DNA of 63,047 nt, filler included, from Olpidium bornovanus S191 (taxonomy: Eukaryota > Fungi > Olpidiomycota), in NCBI GenBank assembly GCA_017911155.1. It is 28 parts of 28 records of this genome, joined end to end, with 100 filler letters (N's around TTAATTAATTAA, not from the genome) between each part and the next. Parts side by side here need not be neighbours in the genome. Positions count along the whole stretch, not along the records: positions 59,412 to 60,957 come from JAEFCI010006841.1; positions 61,058 to 63,047 come from JAEFCI010000007.1; 26 more parts are not named here. One strand, 5' to 3'. Under the pieces are notes generated by a model. It was not told where the DNA came from. It saw nothing but the letters and a program-made list of their open reading frames with translations, and made no database searches. A program made the translations under genes and the position numbers. Of this stretch, positions 59,412 to 63,047 are shown in pieces; position 1 is the stretch's first letter; every line of letters starts with the position of its first letter.

Positions 59412-60402
59412 CGCATGTCTTGGTAGTCAAAGTTTTCCGTAAATAATGCGGGGACCTCCTTGCTGCACACGTCGATCTGGCAGTCAATCAGGTCGTTGCG
59501 CACGACTGTGTGCACCTGTCCTGTGCGGAGCACCTCTTCGTAATCGACCGTGAACTTGTGCTTCGGTGGGTGGTACTCCATTGGTTCGTGGTGAACGCAC
59601 ACACTGGTTTCCGGATTGATTACAAACAGTGATGATTCTCCATGCGCTCTGCGTACCAGGAAAGCACCAATGGGCATTTGCCGAGTTATTCAGGCCGTTC
59701 CCTCGTTTCGAAGTATCCGGTTCCGTATTTACTTGAGATAGAAATCCGCACCTCGTTCGGTGGTCATGACTTGCCTCTTTCAAAGCCATGCTCATGATAA
59801 TGTTCTTGTCTGCCTTCCTCTTCTCCTTGAAATCGTCCACGATGCGGTCGGCCTTCAGATTCGATACAACATCGCCGCCCACGAGGATGAAGTCCTCAGG
59901 TATGAGTTGTTTTCTCCTGTCGATGTCTCGTAACACGTCGCCCACCGACAGGACCTCCTGAGACACGATGAGTTCCACTTTCAGGCCCGCATGCAGCTTG
60001 CTCCAGCGCGATTGCCTGAACAACGCGCCCCGTGGCCAGGATATTCCGCGCGTGTTAAGACGGGCGCGCAAAAGATGTAGGCCGCGGTTCGACGGGAGGC
60101 AGCTGCTCAACGTGAACAGCTGCGGCACAGGCGCACACCATGACGGACGCCATTTACCGGATGTACTCCCTGATTTTCTCGGCTAGGTGGGAGCAGAAGA
60201 CAAACACTTCTTCCACCCCACATATGGCCAGAAACTCGAGGGTGTACTCGATGAGCGGCAGATTTACCAAGGGCAGCAGGCAATGCGGCTTCTCGAGCGT
60301 GAGGGGCTTGAACCGGTCGCTGGAAATGTCCGCAAGCACGACCGCCTGCAATACCGGCTCTGCGGCCTCGAGCTTGTTCCCGCCGTCCTTCTTGGGGCCC
60401 AT
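59412..60402 (-). CDS. GCD6: eIF2B epsilon subunit, 3'-partial
   Basis: LQAVVLAD...RFKPLTLEKPHCLLPLVNLPLIEYTLEFL, SVGDVLRDID, DFILVGGDVVSN and RNDLIDCQIDVCSKEVPALFTENFDYQ. Confidence 0.95.
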
Positions 60403-61057
60403 TCTGTCAGGCGGGGCGGTTCGTCGCGCGGCAGCAGGGCCTGGGCCGCGCCTCGGGGCTTTTAGCGCGCGGCGCTTGGCTTACCTCCGGTGGCGCCGAG
60501 CATTTCTGGGCCAGCCAGGGTCACGTGAGGCATGTCTTCCACGAGAACCGGCGTGCTGGTCGCCGGCGCCTCGAAGCATGTGTTTACCGGCGGCAAGGGA
60601 GGAGCGCGGTCGAGCGGGCCCGCTTCGAGTGCAGGAAACGCACGGTTGCTGGATGCCACGCAGTCGCAATACGTACGCAAAGTGTTTCGGCCGCATGGTC
60701 GAATATGATCATCGCGCAGCCGAGCGTCCCATCCACGAGCCGGTGGAAAGGCTCGAGGCGGCAGAGGGTAAGGCCGCGCGGTTCACGGCCATGCAAACAA
60801 TTGTGTTGCAGACCAATGTCTTCAATGCGATTCTACCATGGTGCACCGTGAGTGGAAAGAACAAAGGATGAGGCAGTACGTGAGGACAGGGCATTACATA
60901 TTGCAAAGCCACTGAACTGACACATTCCTAAAAGGTAACACAGCGGCATTGCTAACANNNNNNNNNNNNNNNNNNNNNNNNNNNNNNNNNNNNNNNNNNN
61001 NTTAATTAATTAANNNNNNNNNNNNNNNNNNNNNNNNNNNNNNNNNNNNNNNNNNNN

Positions 61058-62749
61058 CCATGTCACCTCTCACGACCGCGCCGCCCTTTACCCCACGTAC
61101 CTCGACCCGAAGGATAAGATTGTCGTAGCCGTATCCGTTGATAGCTTTGAGGGCGCGAGCTGCATCCTCGTTGAGGTGGAATGACACAAACGCATACCCT
61201 TTGCAAGTGTTCGTTTCGCGGTCTATCGCCACGTAAGTCCGGGCCAAGCTTCCAAAACCTCTGAACAGTTCCTGCATGTCCGCCTCCCGGACATCTTCCG
61301 AAAGGTTGGTGACGCGCAGTGTGTTTGAGTCGTCTGCGTGAGACATGGATGACGCAGGAATGTAACGGACGGCGAAGGACATGTGTCAACACAGTATACC
61401 ACATCCTCGTCGAGTCCCCACGGGATGCGAAACGGACACTGCCGCATTCAACGAACCTCTCTGCTTATCGCCAAACCGAGACCCGTCAGACGGCTCTGCA
61501 CCCTTGTTGCGCAGACCGGGGGGAATGTATTTGCCAGCTGTGGCGGGGCCTGAAGCCGCCTCGGCGGCTGAGGAAGGTTCTCCGCCGGCGGCGGCGGACG
61601 ACGCAGCGGGCTTCTCGGGTTCCCCCATTGGCAGCGTGTCCTTGTAGGGACACCTTGCGGTGAAGTGGTCGCCGTTGCACCGACGGCACTGGATGCCCTT
61701 GCTTGCTGCTAAGGCCGCTTTCACCTTGTCCTCCTGGCTCGGCTCCGGTTCGGCCTGCAACTTGGACGTCGGACGCAGGAAGACCTGTTCGCCGACAGTC
61801 GTTGTTCGCGTGTCGGGCCCGGGTTTCGAGTTCTTCTCTGCGCCAAACTTCGCCCATTTCTGAGCAGGAAACCGCGACCGGAAGCCGTCGAGCGAGCGAA
61901 ACGTCAGCGGCTAGGTCCCGTCTTCCTATACGAAGCCGCAAAATGCCGCACATTTCCCACGTGGGCCGCCGGACCGCCGTGAGACACAGCACCCACCTTC
62001 CTAGAAGCGACAGCCTTGTTGACATGCTCCTTAATCAACGTATTCTTGACCTTCCTCACCATCTTGAACCGCTTTCCGTCCTCCATTCGGTACTCGACAA
62101 AAGTTTGTACGCCATTCTCGTCTTTCGTAGAGTAACTATGGTACTGGTCTTTTTCTAGTGCGCGGTATCGCGGACGAAGACGTTCGCCCGGAAGGAGAGT
62201 CAGCAGGGACGGTGCCGGACAGAATCCCATAAGGATTGTCATGAAACGCACCCCGTCCCGGGGTGAGCGCTCACCCTGCTCATCAACTTCGTCAGCCCAG
62301 CTGCTCTTCGGCGGAGCACTATTTACGTAGTGGAAGTCGAATTGCCAGGACGCGGCGTCCCAATCAGTGTGCGAGCTTTTTTGAAAGCGGTTCGGCTGCA
62401 GCAGCCTCACGGCGAGACAGCAGCACAGCCGGGGCCGCGGCTGCGGTCTGCAACTGCTCGCTCTCCCGGCCGGTCATCCCCGCGGCAGAACGTCTCCTCC
62501 CGCGGCGCTAGCGCGCTCGGTCTACGGCGCAGAGAAGGGGGTAGAGGCTGAGTCGCCGCCGCGCTTCCAAACGCGGGCGGCGGCACACACAAGTCTGCCG
62601 GAGGACTCCAAGCCGTTCGCTCACGACTCCCCCCCCCCCTTTCTCGGCGCCGGACAGCGCCTTTTCCGGCAGCACGGCAGGCCCGCTCTGGACGCCCGCC
62701 CGTGTGCGCACACCGAGCGTGGAGGAAAAACGTACGTGTCGGCCGGCAT
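61058..62749 (-). CDS. TIF35: eIF3 subunit g, 3'-partial
   Basis: A 14-nt first exon (ATG 62749) splices to SSWADEVDE. Then KWAKFG, the CRRCNGDHFTARCPYK zinc knuckle, GKYIPPGLR and the RRM TLRVTNLSED...CKGYAFVSF. Confidence 0.95.
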
Positions 62750-62896
62750 GGCTGGTCGTCCTACTTCTTTGACTCTTTTTTTTTTCCTTGGCAGCCGGCG
62801 AGATCCGCACGCGGGGGGTGACAGGAAGAGGGGCAGTTGGGTTCCGGCCGCGCGGTGAACGGGGGAGGGGGGGAAGAATCTCGCGGGGGTCCGAAA

Positions 62897-62939
<43 letters not shown>

Positions 62940-63047
62940 GCCCCCTTTGTGGGGGGGTTCTTTATACGAAAAGCCGGCGCCCCCCCCACCACCCCCCCCC
63001 CCCCCCCAAAAAACACCCCCCCCCCCCCCCCCCCCCCCACGCCCCAC

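Noticed and set aside
6316-61013. TTAATTAATTAA recurring every 1-6 kb as a CRISPR-like or regulatory repeat
   Set aside because: It is always centred in exactly 44+44 N and is a six-frame-stop assembly linker.
59412-62749. Apparent clustering of translation factors (GCD6, TIF35, also NIP1), or any cross-contig gene neighbourhood
   Set aside because: The genes lie on separate contigs joined artificially, so there is no evidence of linkage.
1-63047. tRNA, rRNA, snRNA genes, telomeric repeats and U12-type introns
   Set aside because: I found no convincing T-loop/cloverleaf, rRNA or snRNA signature, TTAGGG array or GTATCCTT/ATATCCTT donor by eye. A covariance-model scan could still find divergent RNAs.

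Overview
This window is not one locus. It is 28 short eukaryotic contigs (about 1.2-6.3 kb) joined by an artificial 100-bp spacer (44 N + TTAATTAATTAA + 44 N), so nothing can be inferred across spacers. The genes are intron-rich and fungal-type: AROM, SYG1/XPR1, RPA190, MSH2, ELP1, TFC1, SLC1, GCD6, TIF35, a damaged NIP1, Seb1/Nrd1-like, NAA50-like and mL40-like. They sit alongside DLEC1/CFAP81, TTC36 and a possible Sfi1-like fragment. This points to a flagellated, early-diverging fungus (Olpidium- or chytrid-like; my inference, not confirmed). LTR-retrotransposon remnants include two Copia types and one chromodomain Gypsy. The strongest lead is a spliced TET/JBP-like 2OG-Fe(II) dioxygenase gene (39043-39761) lying tail-to-tail against a chromovirus integrase/chromodomain end with no LTR between them. 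Other leads are a secreted, Kex2-processed 11-mer amphipathic protein, an uncharacterised Rossmann-like gene, a multi-Myb gene missed by the ORF track, a NAA50-like protein lacking both catalytic residues, and a recurrent promoter (G/A)TCACGTGAC motif. All family assignments come from motifs recognised by eye; no searches were run.
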